DNA of 64,000 nt. Origin: Phoronis australis (lineage: Eukaryota > Animalia > Phoronida). Within the stretch, counting starts at the first letter, position 1. Every line of letters begins with the position of its first letter. The notes beneath the pieces were generated by a model, which was not told the DNA's origin, ran no database searches, and worked only from the letters and a program-made list of their open reading frames with translations. The DNA is taken from contig NMRA01000043.1 of the NCBI GenBank assembly GCA_002633005.1, positions 1,201,924 through 1,265,923 of the forward strand, read 5' to 3'. A program made the translations under genes and the position numbers. Below, one piece after another: positions 22,918 through 37,702 of the stretch.

Positions 22918-25900
22918 ACATCAACGAGAGCGATGGGTGTGCTTTCCATTCATTCTATTAGATTGAGTATTCCCTTCATACAGTACATGCAGGTGTATCG
23001 CACGACCAAATTCGAAAGAGCAGTTGATCATTCGGTAGCAGGGGCTGCCGCAAAAGAATAAAACAGAAGGAGCGTGAGGAAAAATTAACTAATTAACGTC
23101 GGAAATACGGCAATTAACGTGCGGCCGAAAGGGGCGCTCAGAACCGCATTGCAAGTGTCCGATTGAGACCGTCGGCGCGATCGTTTACCGTTTTCTTATT
23201 TTTTTAGTCCTCCGACTGTATTTCACTAGAAGGTCCACATCGTGCTTTGTGCGTTTGGTCGAGACAAATTGTTGCCCCCCCTTTATGATATCCTAGATCC
23301 GCCACTGCAGTCAGCGCATATTTACTTTGGGCCACACTTCAAGAGTACACAAGCAGAAAATTTGGTTATTTAAAAATAATTTACCTGTTGGTATCTTTTT
23401 ATTATAATACGTAATAATGGAGCATTACAAAGACAATGTTCAGTGAAAGTAGAACAAGAATAGCTCTGTAAACGATATCTTCAAAACCTCAAACCGGTAT
23501 ATAGACCAAAACTTTACTGGTTTAGCATTACGCAATATTTTGGCCATCAGCCAAGTATTAATCAATTTTTACTAATCACACAGTCTGAAATTTAATGCAA
23601 ATGAATTTCAAGTTGATGCTCTGGTTATTACCTTTATGATATCTCTTGGATGCGAACGTGAAATTCGGGCAGAAATTTTTAATTCGCAAAGATCAAACAA
23701 CTACAAAACATTAAGCTACATGAATTGTACCGGAAATCATTTATTGATGACATAATCATTTATTGATGAGGTAATCATTTATTGATGAGGCCATAAGGAG
23801 TTTATGAGAACGAGACAACATTTTATGGAAAAGGCATTAAAATAGGCTCTTTGGAAAATTGCAATAATTACTGACTTAAAAACATTTCCTGTGGCTTTTT
23901 TCAATTTGTGAGTCACGTCTAACAACTGTATATTAAAAGTTTACACATTTCAAAAAGAAACATGAGAATGGTATTCGTTTGAACTTCATTATTAAATACT
24001 CTTAAAAAGTGTTTAACACAATACAATTTTTGATCGAGAATGGTTTTTATAACACTAACGATACTCTTGGATTTAAACATTTGGACAAATGGATTAATGT
24101 TCCGTAATAAGCAAAACGAGGTAGAACACGTAAAATGATAGGCAAACAATATGTAGATCGTCTAAGTCATTGACAATCGTTAAGTGCACACGCAAGATGA
24201 CTTCGAAGGAAACCACGCGCTGTACTCAGGAAGCAGCACACGTGACTGAGCCGTGCGTGACGTCAAGTGCATCATGTAAAACATAAGCAGCTAGTAAGCT
24301 TCATCAAAACAGTTGGAAAAACGCTTAACCGTCCTCCTGTGAAGTCTATTCAACTCGTCAGCACAACAACTGTAAATTATGGAAACGCCCAAATTAATGT
24401 CTTCTCTAGCGGTACTGATCTTCCCGCCACCACTTAACAGCAAACGTTATTGCAACCTCAGATACGTTAAACAATGTTTACGTACACCACCAACGTCTGG
24501 TTAGCATTTCAAACGGAAACGATTAAAACAAATGACTGGTTTCCAAGAAATGCTTGTGCATATGTTTTGCACACGTATGAATTTATACAGCTTGTAGTTT
24601 TAAATTCAGAGTAGCTCTAATATGAACTAGCTTGCCGTAATTGGGGTCGCAATGAAATTTGAAAGAGTTTTCCCCAATTTGTCGCCATATATTAAATTAT
24701 ACTGGTATTGGCTTATTATTATACCGATATTGGGTAGTTCTTATACAAGTATTGGCCTATTAATATACGTTCATGATGGACTTGAATCAATGTCATGTTT
24801 CTCCATGTGTAGTCCCTGTTGATTACAGACAACACGGGAAATTATATTCTCTACTGATTTCATAAACACGTAGCATGCAAGTATTCGTGAAGCAAACGAA
24901 AAACTATTAGAAGATAAAATCGGCGAGTTCATTAAGTTTCTTATCACTCGAGTCGCACATCCGTGTTACGCCCAAGTGAAGACCACTGACGAATTGAGGA
25001 CGCTTTTTACATATAGCGAGAGACGTTCTAGCCCGGGGAGGAGGGGGGGGGGGGNTTCGACTTCGCCAAATTTTTGCCCCTCCCCCGACCCCCACGCTCG
25101 CATTAGTAGGTGAGGGCCAAACCTAAGGGAGACAGCCATCAGAATTCACTTGAGTAACCACCCTTCAACAACCTTTACGAATTGAGCGTGAGGCAGCAGC
25201 CACTTAGTAGCTGGGTAGCACCGTCTGCCTCAACTGAAATATGGCTGTAAGCTGACACCTCACGCCAACCGAAGGTGCAAAAAACGAATTAGGCTAGGCC
25301 AGCCGCAGATCAGCTCAGCTCTGATTCACTTGAGTCAGGCAGCTCACTGGCTCCTACCAATCCGTCCGCGTTGGCACTCAAGGTCGAGATTAATTCTGTT
25401 GTGAACCATTTTTGGGACAATTCATATTATTAAGGTCATGCTCTGAATTAGGTGCATTTTGGATTGTTACTTATTTGTTGTTCCGAGGTCCCCGATACAT
25501 TGCGTTTGAGGCTGTTCTTAAAAATACGGGTAGCCCAGTTTCTATTGACTGAGGACAAGTAATACACAGGGTGTCCCAATAATGTGCAGTACTCGCTCTT
25601 CAGTACAACGCTGGGAGTTTGTCAAGCGGAGCCTGGATTACGGGAAATGAATTTAAAAATTCATTTCCCGTAAACCAGACTCCGTGTCCTTGCCGACTGT
25701 ACTGATTCACCTTGTTTTGACAGTGGGTGAGTGAGCCATCACAGGCTCTGTATCCTCAGGAATGGCCAACAAACGACAAACTAAATGAGCAATGCATTTA
25801 ATTTAATCTATAGACTTAATTCCTGTTTGATCTCCTGATTGTGAATTTAAACCATTTATAGTCCTTAAGTCAATTAACAATGTCTTTATTGTCAGTTGCA

Positions 25901-27589
25901 TTTTAGGACACATTGCAGAACTGTCCGTATTTCATCAAAATCTATGAGAGTCATATGTAATCGATACAGGCAAAGATCATCTCATGCACTTTGCTATTTT
26001 GAGAATAGAAAGATAGAGATTTACCCAACTTCAGCCTGTAGCTTGACTGAAACGTTCTCAGTTCTTACAAGATCGATTCTAATTGTTAAAACTAATCTAC
26101 GAATCAATCGAATTTCGAAGATACTTAAACATGTAAATTATTAGAAACATGCAACAATTTCGTTTTTTGTCAAAACAGAATATAATAAGCAATTCCTGAA
26201 GGGATGCTGGCAGATTCTTCCTAATTTAGATTTTTCCTAATTTACCGATAGCCATGATGACGTGTATTTTGCAGTATTACACATAAACACTAATCATTTT
26301 TACACGCATGCGTACACGCACACGTATATGCAAATGTAATTATCACTTACAATAATTTGCTTACCTTGGCGTACGGTATACTGTCGAGTGTAGATACATG
26401 TATGTTCCACCCCTTTATTTATTTTTACCAAAGTGACAGGTTTATTTATTTATCGAAGTACACAATGTATTTCATATGACAGTCTTCCAATGGTCTGTTA
26501 CTTACGAATAAAAATAACCGTCTCATATTTACTATTGCTTACTTGCATTATGTTGCATTCTTAATCAGATGAATACCAAATTATACCATTAAACAGCCTG
26601 TAACATTATCTGCCCAGTCTTTTCTTACAAGTGAAAATGTATTTTTTAGTAATTCAATCGTCACTTAACTCACTAGTTCGTTCCAAATTCGTTTCGTGTT
26701 ATATTCAATTTCCATCTGTTACCAGTAGAACCCCGTCCCACATCATCACGAAGAGCATGAATAGTTGTAATGCTTTCGGTAGTTCTTTCTCAATGTTTTT
26801 CAGAATTAATGTAAGCTTTACAACCCTACATAACATGGGCACAATCGCAAATCAAATGAAATTATTAATGTAAGAAATTCCAAATTTGCGAAAAGTTTTG
26901 CATCTTTTCCTAAACTTCGCTCTCAAACCTCGGCATATGTACATGCGTCTCTCTTGGAATTGAAATACTTGTCAAGAATACACCCTAAACACTTATACGT
27001 CTTAATTATTGTACAATATTATTCAATATGTAAATTTTCTAGTTTGAATTCTAAATAAATGTTTTTCAGCAGACTTGGTTCTGAAATGAGCAATATCTAA
27101 TTTGAAAAAAATAACAAAAAACTCTCTACAGTTTATACATCAGCTTTTAAACAATTTAGCCAGTTTTGAAGATTGTCCTCCTCGCGGACAAGAGCAAAAT
27201 GTCGTTCGCAAAGAGCAGAATAGATAACATAGGATGAATTACTTCTCGGCGAACACCATTTTCATTGTTGAACCAATCAGTGCGATACATATTACATGTA
27301 TTAACCGAATAACGATAAAGCTTGCGGGTTGTTAATAGGTCATCTTAAAAATGAACCATATCACTTCATTATAATATGCTTGTTACTCTCCTCTTCAGTG
27401 GCACCGCGGAGGGTTTGGAAACAAGTGGTAAAGAATGAACAGCATTTTGAAACAGACTTTCCACATTTCCTGTTTCATTTGACTACAACTTAAAAGTTCT
27501 GGCGGTCATTTTACATTAACGTATGAGATATCGTAGCTTTGTAAAAACACGTCAGCTCCAGCCGTGAAGTTGCACGATACCATGTACAT

Positions 27590-28146
27590 ACGCACGCACA
27601 CACACNNNNNNNNNNNNNNNNNNNNNNNNNNNNNNNNNNNNNNNNNNNNNNNNNNNNNNNNNNNNNNNNNNNNNNNNNNNNNNNNNNNNNNNNNNNNNNN
27701 NNNNNNNNNNNNNNNNNNNNNNNNNNNNNNNNNNNNNNNNNNNNNNNNNNNNNNNNNNNNNNNNNNNNNNNNNNNNNNNNNNNNNNNNNNNNNNNNNNNN
27801 NNNNNNNNNNNNNNNNNNNNNNNNNNNNNNNNNNNNNNNNNNNNNNNNNNNNNNNNNNNNNNNNNNNNNNNNNNNNNNNNNNNNNNNNNNNNNNNNNNNN
27901 NNNNNNNNNNNNNNNNNNNNNNNNNNNNNNNNNNNNNNNNNNNNNNNNNNNNNNNNNNNNNNNNNNNNNNNNNNNNNNNNNNNNNNNNNNNNNNNNNNNN
28001 NNNNNNNNNNNNNNNNNNNNNNNNNNNNNNNNNNNNNNNNNNNNNNNNNNNNNNNNNNNNNNNNNNNNNNNNNNNNNNNNNNNNNNNNNNNNNNNNNNNN
28101 NNNNNNNNNNNNNNNNNNNNNNNNNNNNACACACACACACACACAC
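27590..28146. repeat. (CA)n microsatellite spanning an assembly gap (N 27606-28128)
   Basis: CA repeats on both sides of the N run. Confidence 0.85.
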
Positions 28147-30184
28147 ATAAATAAATTAATAATAACTGGCGGATTGAAAGGGTGGGGGCAAGGGGGCCAT
28201 GCACCCCTAAATTTTTCCCAGATTCCATTTGGCAGGTCGGGGTGCGAATGTCTGATGGGCAAAATCCTGGCTAATACTCTGCCCCTGACCCCCAACTCAA
28301 AATCTTGGATCCCTACCTGATAAGTACAACAGATAGCAATTTACTGCTCAGAAACCAGATTAACATTATCCAGTCTACAGGTAAACGTTATACATGTGAA
28401 TTATTACAGTACAAAATAGCATACAGGCATAAATACCACGCTAATAGGTTGTTTGTCATAAGTTATGTTAAAGCGTATGCACTGTTGGGCGGTAAAAAAC
28501 GCAGTGTCACGAATTACAGTTGCATTGTACTTTGGCGTAGAAATAAGGTACAATTCACCAAAGCATCATTTTGAAAGTGTTATACCAGAATGGGATAAAA
28601 CATGATTGATCGACGTTATTAGGCAAGTCATTAGGACCAAGTATATTAACATAAATTTATCCATCTGCCGTGAAATGCTATTCATTACCATCATGTCGTC
28701 GACAGTCTCCAGAGACGGAAACAATAGATCTTGCAGATGACAATAAATAATCCAATCGAAACATAGGTGTGACTGGTTTGGCAGATCCATTGTCCCAATA
28801 GGGATAGATATACAGAAAATAGCGTCTCAAAAGTATTGATGAAGACTTTAATGATGAGAAAATGGCGATTTAATGTTTGTTAGAAGGGTATCCCATATAT
28901 CTAGGCACGTTTATAGAGGATTTACGAATGATTCGACCACACAAGGTGATGAAACTAAGAAAGAAATGTTAGAACAGACCTAGGCAGGGTGTCGAATCTT
29001 TTTACTGGAAGTCGAATTTTGTTATGCGAGCTCAACTGTGTCTATATATCATACTATGCTCGAGTATGCAATGGTTTAACACAACCGCAAGGGCTCGATT
29101 TGACGACACTCTCCCGTACTCACCCCTTCCGTAGGAAGAGCCCCTCGGATCACGAAAGATAAAACACACCAATTTGCATTTCTGTATTAAAATGACACCA
29201 CATTTAGTCTTTTACAGAACCGCTATCACGGACAATAACTAATCATCTCAATCCTTCATCGTTTGACAATTCATTTATGAGTCGTTCTTTGTTGCCTCAG
29301 TGGTTTTACATTTTACGACCACATCCTTTTGCAGAGCCAATGTAACTAACAGATATCACACATCTGTCTTTCACAAATTTCTCGGAAATTAAAAATGTTC
29401 GTGTAAAACGCCAATAATATCACAGTAATCATGTGTAACTCCGTTTTGCGACAACACGGAAATGCAGAGTTGCCTGTTTGTCACGTGATCACTGCATTAC
29501 GGATATCAGACTACGTGTTTCGCATTCAGTGAGTCGTAAAAAATTAGTTAACCTCCCGCCATAAACATATCCACTCGTTTGCAAATGCCACGCTGTACTT
29601 TCCTGAACAATCTTTTAATTACTTCTCTCCTGTTTCCTTCGATCGTCTAACTAAACAGTTTCCAACAGTAGGTCTACAGTAACCTGCTGCATCGCATTTC
29701 ACGACTTTATGTGGTAACAGCTTATTGAATAGATCATACAATTAAAAATGAATATCGAATTAGACCATTTACTCTCATATAACATCGATCTCATAACATT
29801 AAATACCGTAATACGTTTATATTTCCGTTACCAACAAGGACTCGAGACCAACAGCGACTCACCCCGCCCCTTCCTCCTCCCACTAATCTAATCCCCATTA
29901 GTTCTCGTTTCATCTCTTATGTCAGTATTGACACTTGTCAATGTTCCTCACATATTTGTCAGCCCACTGCTGACTTCTTACACAGCACCACCGCCCCCTT
30001 ACCCCTACGCCCCACCCCTTTTACCGCTTTTGTATTTTGTATTTATGTCTTGCTCTTCTTAATTAACTTATTGCTTTTATCTTCCCACAGTCACCCTCGT
30101 CTATCACTTGTTAGCCATTTAGTTAGTCTCAGGTTAATTTTTGGAATATGTGTTAACTTATTTTCCTTTCCTCTTTATGTAAAC

Positions 30185-30340
30185 TTGTGTTTTGACCATC
30201 CTATTTGTCTGTTCCTTGTTTTGACCATCCTATTTGTCTGTCCCTTGTTTTGACCATCCTATTTGTCTTCCCTTGTTTTGACCATCCTATTTGTTTTCCC
30301 TTGTTTTGACCATCCTATTTGTCTGCCCCTTGTTTTGACC
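30185..30340. repeat. Minisatellite, about 28-30-bp unit (ttgttttgaccatcctatttgtctgttcc), running into gap 30341-30554
   Basis: At least 5 visible tandem copies. Confidence 0.9.
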
Positions 30341-31982
30341 NNNNNNNNNNNNNNNNNNNNNNNNNNNNNNNNNNNNNNNNNNNNNNNNNNNNNNNNNNNN
30401 NNNNNNNNNNNNNNNNNNNNNNNNNNNNNNNNNNNNNNNNNNNNNNNNNNNNNNNNNNNNNNNNNNNNNNNNNNNNNNNNNNNNNNNNNNNNNNNNNNNN
30501 NNNNNNNNNNNNNNNNNNNNNNNNNNNNNNNNNNNNNNNNNNNNNNNNNNNNNNGGCGAGGCCCTCTTGCCACACCCCTCCCCCTAAAACCGCAATGACA
30601 TCATGAAATCAAGAATGGCGGCAAGAGGGGGGGTCATGGTCGCCAAAAAAGCGTGACACTGATAGGGGCGGCCTGTTACTCAAAACTGTCAGACGTTGAA
30701 AGAAAACTACATGTACGTGAAGCACCCGATGGTAATCCGACATATTTTTAATGGTGCTTCTTTTCGGATTTAGAATAATAATGATGCCATTTTCATAGAA
30801 TGTTGGAGTCCAAGGATAAACGGCAACCATCGATCATTTGACATTGCTAAACTGCAACACGTTGTAGTTCTGGAGTAATTCGGACTGTAGTCCGAGCGTA
30901 AACTGGTGAACAGTCAAAGTTAAAAACATACAACCGCCCGTGATTACATCAAACTCATTGGCTCTGTTGGACGCAAAACTATGTCATCACTTCGGTTTGG
31001 ACAAGTAGGCTAGACACAAAAGCCTTAACTGCTTTCATTATTTATGGTTCGGATTCGTGAACTCAGACGATAAAACACGGCGTCTCCTTCGGGCAAGTTG
31101 CGACTGCACATGCACGCACCGTGTGAAGTACGACAGTGGGACCCACTGGCTCGCTTTCCCATAACAAGCCTCGGATTCCCTCCCCCAGACTCTTCATCAC
31201 ATTATTTAAAATGTGATTGAGAATTAAAATTCTCATTCAGTGCCTTCGCGGGGGCGTCAGGTCAAGACATCTGATTAGTTCGTAAGCCGAATGTCTTCAT
31301 CGAGAACCAATCAGGTGTGTTGATCCTCCACGTGCGGCGCGCCTGTAACATTTTTGTCTCAATTTGTGGTCTACAATTCTTGGCAACCACTGTTTTGTTA
31401 AACAGCACAGCTGGACCAATGCGTGGAAATTTGAGGCATCTGGTTGTTGCAAAGAACGAAAATCAAAGAAATATTGGACTTTCTGGATTAAAGATGCTAT
31501 GTCTTAATTTAAAAAAAATTGTAGCAACCGCCACCTTGTGACTTTCTAGAGAACTGTTTATACAAGCATAAACAGGAAAAGAAACAATTTTTAAATAAAA
31601 CACTACAACTGGTAACACTTAAAAACAAGACTTGATCCTAGTTATTCCGAACATTACGCAAACCTTATTTGATTTTGAAATGAACAAATAATAAAAACTG
31701 TGCCTTGTTTTTTGGGTGGCATTCTCCTTTAAGGTGTCAAGGGAGCTTAACTGGTACATGTACATCACAATCCGTGGAAAATTCATAGGTGGGAGTGTTT
31801 CATTTGTGGACAGAGTTGCATGCACTTTTAGGTGTAACCTCAAGTGGGCGTGGAATGAGTGGGGTCCGCTGGGGNTAGGCGATCGACGGGGGGAGAAAGC
31901 TAAGGATGAGTAGCGTCCGATGGGCCTTTTTCAGTTGCAGGGACTGGGGGTGCAGAAGCGGAAACGAGCGATGAGCGTCAAC

Positions 31983-34223
31983 CCAGGGGGTGAGGCTTCT
32001 TGCCGTGCATGCATAGAACAGATACACCCAACCTGTTGAAATGACAACTCACAAAATGGACTAGATGGTTCGAGTCGTGTCGCCTTCCCTAAATCGTCCA
32101 TTAACTCAGTTGCTCGACGCTTGTAGTCACGCTTTTCGATTGAGCAGATTTGTTCAGAAGTTGTCGAACTTGAATTAAAGATTTGAGGATTGGCGAATGT
32201 CAGCGTTTTCTTGTTACAGAGACCAAGGTGGTAACTCAGCGTCAATAGCCAAAATCTGGGCTTTCTATCATTTTAAGCGAAAGTTCGTTGACAAATTTGG
32301 ATAATCGCGTGGCTGAATGCCTTTATCCACGCATGCGCAGTGTGGAGAGAACTGTAGAGAAATTAGCTAAAATCGTTACCATTCATTTTATTCAAAACCT
32401 ACAACTCAAAAACGTCAGGTCAAATATGAACTTAACTTAATTCTAAGTGAAAAATATATTGATTTTTTTACTTTAGTAACTAAAATTTATAGATAAATAT
32501 ATAGATGGATAAATTTAGTTACAGAGGATAAAATATAAGTGCAAAACTACAACACAGTTCTCAGGAAACAAATAAATAAGTAAATGCAAGAAGTGTAAAA
32601 ATTTTAGGGGGTTAACAATAATTTAGAATTAAACATAAATAACGACTAAGTATATGCAAATGAGGCTACAGAGTCCAGTGGAGTGAGAGATTTTTCGAAA
32701 GTTTTAAAACCCTTGATCTACTTGACGCTCTGTGACATAAAATTCTATTTCCTGACAGGAACAACCATGAAATGTTTGATAAACAATGTAGGTCTATGCT
32801 GAGATATCATAAAATGATCACGTGCAGCACGTCTAGTTCTAATATTGAGACTATCAAAGCCAAGTGATGCCACTTGATATTAATAACAAATGGATGAGAA
32901 CTCCTTACTTAAAAAACTTAATTATACAGCGCAAATAGGCGACTGTGTGGGCGACCAAGTGTTTGTAGCTTGTTCACTCTTCCGTATTAAAATGTTTTAC
33001 ACACACAGTTCTTTTATCAATAAAAATATAAAATGTTCTTACCCGTAAATTATACTCGTGTTATAGCTGCGTTTTTGTTAGCGTCTTTCTTTTCTTCCTT
33101 CNCCAGGGGGTGAGGCTTCTTGCCGTGCATGCATAGAACAGATACACAACTCACAAAATGGACTAGATGGTTCGAGTCGTGTCGCCTTCCCTAAATCGTC
33201 CATTAACTCAGTTGCTCGAAGCTTGTAGTCACGCTTTTCGATTGAGCAGATTTGTTCAGAAGTTGTGGAACTTGAATTAAAGATTTGAGGATTGGCGAAT
33301 GTCAGCGTTTTCTTGTTACAAAGACCAAGGTGGGAACTCAGCGTCAATAGCCAAAATCTGGGCTTGCTATCATTTTAAGCGAAAGTTCGTTGACAAATTT
33401 GGATAATCGCGTGGCTGAATGCCTTTATTCACGCATGCGCAGTGTAGAGAGAACTGTAGAGAAATTAACTAAAATCGTTACCATTCATTTTATTCAAAAC
33501 CTACAACTCAAAAACGTCAGGTCAAATATGAACTTAACTTAATTCTAAGTGAAAAATATATTGATTTTTTTACTTTAGTAACTAAAATGTATAGATAAAT
33601 ATATAGATGGATAAATTTAGTTACAGAGGATAAAATATAAGTGCAAAACTACAACATAGTTCTCTGGAAACAAATAAATAAGTAAATGCAAGAAGTGTAA
33701 AAATTTTAATAAAATAAGGTTAACAATAATTTAGAATTAAACATAAATAACGACTAAGTATATGCAGATGAGGCTACATAGAGTCCAGTGGAGTGTGAGA
33801 TTTTTCGAAAGTTTTAAAACCCTTGATCTGCTTGACGCTCTGTGACATAAAATTCTATTTCCTGACAGGAACAACCATGAAATGTTTGATAAACAATGTA
33901 GGTCTATGCTGAGATATCATAAAATGATCACGTGCAGCACGTCTAGATCTAATATTGAGACTATCAAGGCCAAGTGATGCCACTTGATATTAATAACCAA
34001 TGGATGAGAACTCCTTACTTAAAAAACTTAATTATACAGCGCAAATAGGCGACTGTGTGGGCGACCAAGTGTTTGTAGCTTGTTCACTCTTCCATATCAA
34101 AATGTTTTACACACACAGTTGTCTATTTACTTCTTTTTTCAATAAACATATAAAATGTTCTTACCCGTAAATTATACTCGTGTTATAGCTGCGTTTTTGT
34201 TAGCGTCTTTCTTTTCTTCCTTC
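31983..34223. repeat. Tandem near-identical duplication (31983-33101 vs 33103-34223), probably two haplotypes joined at n33102
   Basis: Copies differ only by scattered SNPs and small indels, and the junction is exactly a single N. Confidence 0.85.
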
Positions 34224-34469
34224 CAATTACGCGCGTCTCTCTCTCTACAGTTTTGCTATCCATGTGACCTCGAATAAAGTTGGGAGTTTCACGAGCGGCC
34301 GGTGTACTGTTTACCCGGTATTGATTTTCCTCACTAGAAATAAATCTGGGATATAACAAGCACGCAGAATGCATACACAAAACAGAATTAACACGACCGT
34401 ATGAAATCAACCACCGGATAGATAATCTGATTAGTCCTATTATGGAGTATGCAAAGTCAGTAAGGTTGA

Positions 34470-37400
34470 ATTTACTCAATGTTTATGGCATCATTAATTA
34501 GCACAGCTTTCCTCAAATCGACTTTTTTACTTTTTTTCTCAGACACGCATGCGAGAGGAATGGTCATCTTTAGATCGATTTGCCAGCCGTTGTCATTTTC
34601 AGATAATCCCACTCCCACGACGGAGCGCTTGTTAAGCAGATGTATAAATATAGAGCTGGTGAGTGGCCATGTAGTTTTTTTTTCTGCAGTGACGAATTTT
34701 AAACTGAACCGTAGAATGATTTATGAAATCGAGAAATATGTTTTTCTTGCAGAATAATGATTCATACACTTCAACCTTGTGACTTTGTTTTATCTCGACC
34801 GTCGATTTGCGGACACGGATTTACCGGGCTGGACCGAAAGGGAAAATCTCACTCAGACGTCAGCCACCTTCTTCTGTATCAAATTCAACTTTCTGTTTGA
34901 CCCTCCAATCATTTACAATCAACGAGAGGCAGTTGGAGCGCAATCGGTATTGATTACTGTAACATTGTGATTGCATTTGGTCTCAAGCGTGTATGAAGAA
35001 AAATACGAAAAACTGTTAACTTTTTATTTGGGTTTTGAGTGTAGAGAAATGAATAGAAGTTGGTGTCACCTTGAAAGTTTTTAATGAATTGAGCAGTTAA
35101 TCAGGTAAATACACTCTTCTTGACAACTGTTCGTATAAGATTGGAGTAGAAAAGACGTACAAATTGTTTCCATCCACATGCGCGCACCCGGGGGGGAGGG
35201 TCGAACGAGCCCCCCATTTGGCGAAGTGGGCAAAAGGTCTACCCCCGAGAGACAAAAAGACTGAAAAAAATAGAACAAAACTCCACTAAAGAAGCGCAAA
35301 CCCGCAATTCACAGTGGTGCTCTCGTTTTTTTTTTTAGTCCGCCGGCAATTTTGTTAACAAAAGTTCCACAACGTCGGGAATTCGAACCCCCCATATTGA
35401 AGGCTGGGTGCGCGCATGATCCATGGTATTATTCAATATAGCAGTTTTGTCCTTACTAAATTTTAACAGCTTATAATAACTCAGAAACATTAGTGCATTT
35501 GGTGAATGTCGGCTTCGACGACTGACGTCACAAACCTGCGATTGTTGTACCGACACCGCCTTGCCAGGACTTTGACGTCACAATCACATAATGTTATTCC
35601 GAATTGATTTTTCGTCCTCAAAAAGCCCAAAGGGAACTCTTTACTAAAATGTGGTGAGGCTCTTCCGGAAATTTGTAATGTTTATTACAGGGCCATGATT
35701 GAGCTGTGACCTTCTCAAGTGTTATAAGGAGTAGGTGACGTACATGTACATGTACACTACTTATAACTAGAAAATTGAACTCAGTGATGGTGGAATCGGA
35801 GAAGGTGATTTGCATAACTAGAAAATTGAACTCAGTGATGGTGGAATCGGAGAAGGTGATTTGCATTTTAACGTTGGTTGACTTGAAATCCAGTTAGGTT
35901 TCTAAAAAAACACCCACGAGCGCTTCATATTGGTGGGGGCTCTTTGGAAATGCCCGGTACAATGCTTAAACTCTTTCCCGCCACCAACGCGCAGTCGGCT
36001 TCGAGCAAGTCGAAAAGGCGCTTAAAGGCGAAGGCAACCTTTTTCCATGTCATTTTGAGCTAAAATAAGGTTGGTTGGTTATCCTAGACATATTTTTCAC
36101 TAAATTACAGCTTTTCGTAATTTTATTAATTACTCGCCCGCTAATGCGGAAGTGACGTTATAGGAGGCAAGCGTTTCCCGCCACTTGGTNATTTACTCAA
36201 TGTTTATGGCATCATTAATTAGCACAGCTTTCCTCAAATCGACTTTTTTACTTTTTTTCTCAGACATGCATGCGAGAGGAATGGTCATCTTTAGATCGAT
36301 TTACAAGCCGTTGTCATTTTCAGATAATCCCACTCCCACGACGGAGCGCTTGTTAAGCAGATGTATAAATATAGAGCTGGTGAGTGGCCATGTAGTTTTT
36401 TTCTGCAGTGACGAATTTTAAACTGAACCGTAGAATGATTTATGAAATCGAGAAATATGTTTTTCTTGCAGAATAATGATTCATACACTTCAACCTTGTG
36501 ACTTTGTTTTATCTCGACCGTCGAATTGCGGACACGGATTTACCGGGCTGGACCGAAAGGGAAAATCTCACTCAGACGTCAACTACCTCCTTCTGTATCA
36601 AATTCAACTTTCTGTTTGACCCTCCAATCATTTACAGTCAACGAGAGGCAGTTGGAGCGCAATCGGTATTGATTATTGTAACATTGTGATTGCATTTGAT
36701 CTCAAGCGTGTATGAAAAAAAATACGAAAAACTATTAACTTTTTATTTGGGTTTTGAGTGTAGAGAAATGAATAGAAGATGGTGTCACCTTGAAAGTTTT
36801 TAATGAATTGAGCAGTTAATCAGGTAAACACAATCTTCTTGACAACTGTTCGTATAAGATTGGAGTAGAAAAGACGTACAAATTGTTTCCATCCACATGC
36901 GCGCACCCGGGGGGGGGGTCGAACGAGCTCCCCATTTGCCGAAGTGGGCAAAAGGTCTACCCCCGAGAGACAAAAAGACTGAAAAAAATGGAACAAAACT
37001 CCACTAAAGAAGCGCAAACGCGCAATTCACAGTGGTGCTATCGTTCTTTTTTTTAGTCCGCCGGCAATTTTGTTAGCAAAAGTTCCACAACGTCGGGAAT
37101 TCGAGCCCCCCATATTGAAGGCTGGGTGCGCGCATGATCCATGGTATTATTCAATATAGCAGTTTCGTCCTTACTAACTTTTAACAGTTTATAATAACTC
37201 AGAAACATTAGTGCGATTGGTAAATGTCGCCTTCGACGACTGACGTCACAAACCTGCGATTGTTGTACCGACACCGCCTTGCCAGGACTTTGACGTCACA
37301 ATCACATAATGTTATTCCGAATTGATTTATCGTCCTCAAAAAGCCCACAGGGAACTCTTTACTAAAATGTGGTGAGGCTCTTCCGGAAATTTGTAATGTT

Positions 37401-37702
37401 TGTTACAGGGCCCTGAGTGAGCTGTGACCTTCTCAAGTGTTATAAGGAGTAGGTGACGTACATGTACATGTACACTACTTATAATTAGAAAATTGAACTC
37501 AGTGATGGTGGAATCGGAGAAGGTGATTTGTTTCTAGATGCATTTTAACGTTGGTTGACTTGAAATCCAGTTAGGTTTCTAAAAGAACACCCACGAGCGC
37601 TTCATATTGGTGGGGGCTCTTTGGAAATGCCCGGTACAATGCTTAAACTCTTTCCCGCCACCAACGCGCAGTCGGCTTCGAGCAAGTCGAAAAGGCGCTT
37701 AA
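34470..37702. repeat. Tandem near-identical duplication (34470-36025 vs 36191-37702), probably two haplotypes joined at n36190
   Basis: Duplicated ORF-track peptides; the second copy starts right after the single N. Confidence 0.85.
36026..36189 (+). mobile_element. End of a Kolobok-type element (same family as 7444-8755), truncated by a contig join
   Basis: TTAA (36022-36025) followed by AGGCGAAGGCAACCTTTTT..., matching the 7444 TIR. Absent at the equivalent TTAA (37699-37702) in the duplicate copy. Confidence 0.85.

Noticed and set aside
27506-30606. Long ORFs of 86-247 aa in the ORF track
   Set aside because: They run through N gaps and simple repeats; artefacts.
31931-37274. Pairs of near-identical ORFs suggesting duplicated genes
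   Set aside because: No recognisable domains, indels between copies, and the duplications abut single-N joins: non-coding haplotype redundancy.
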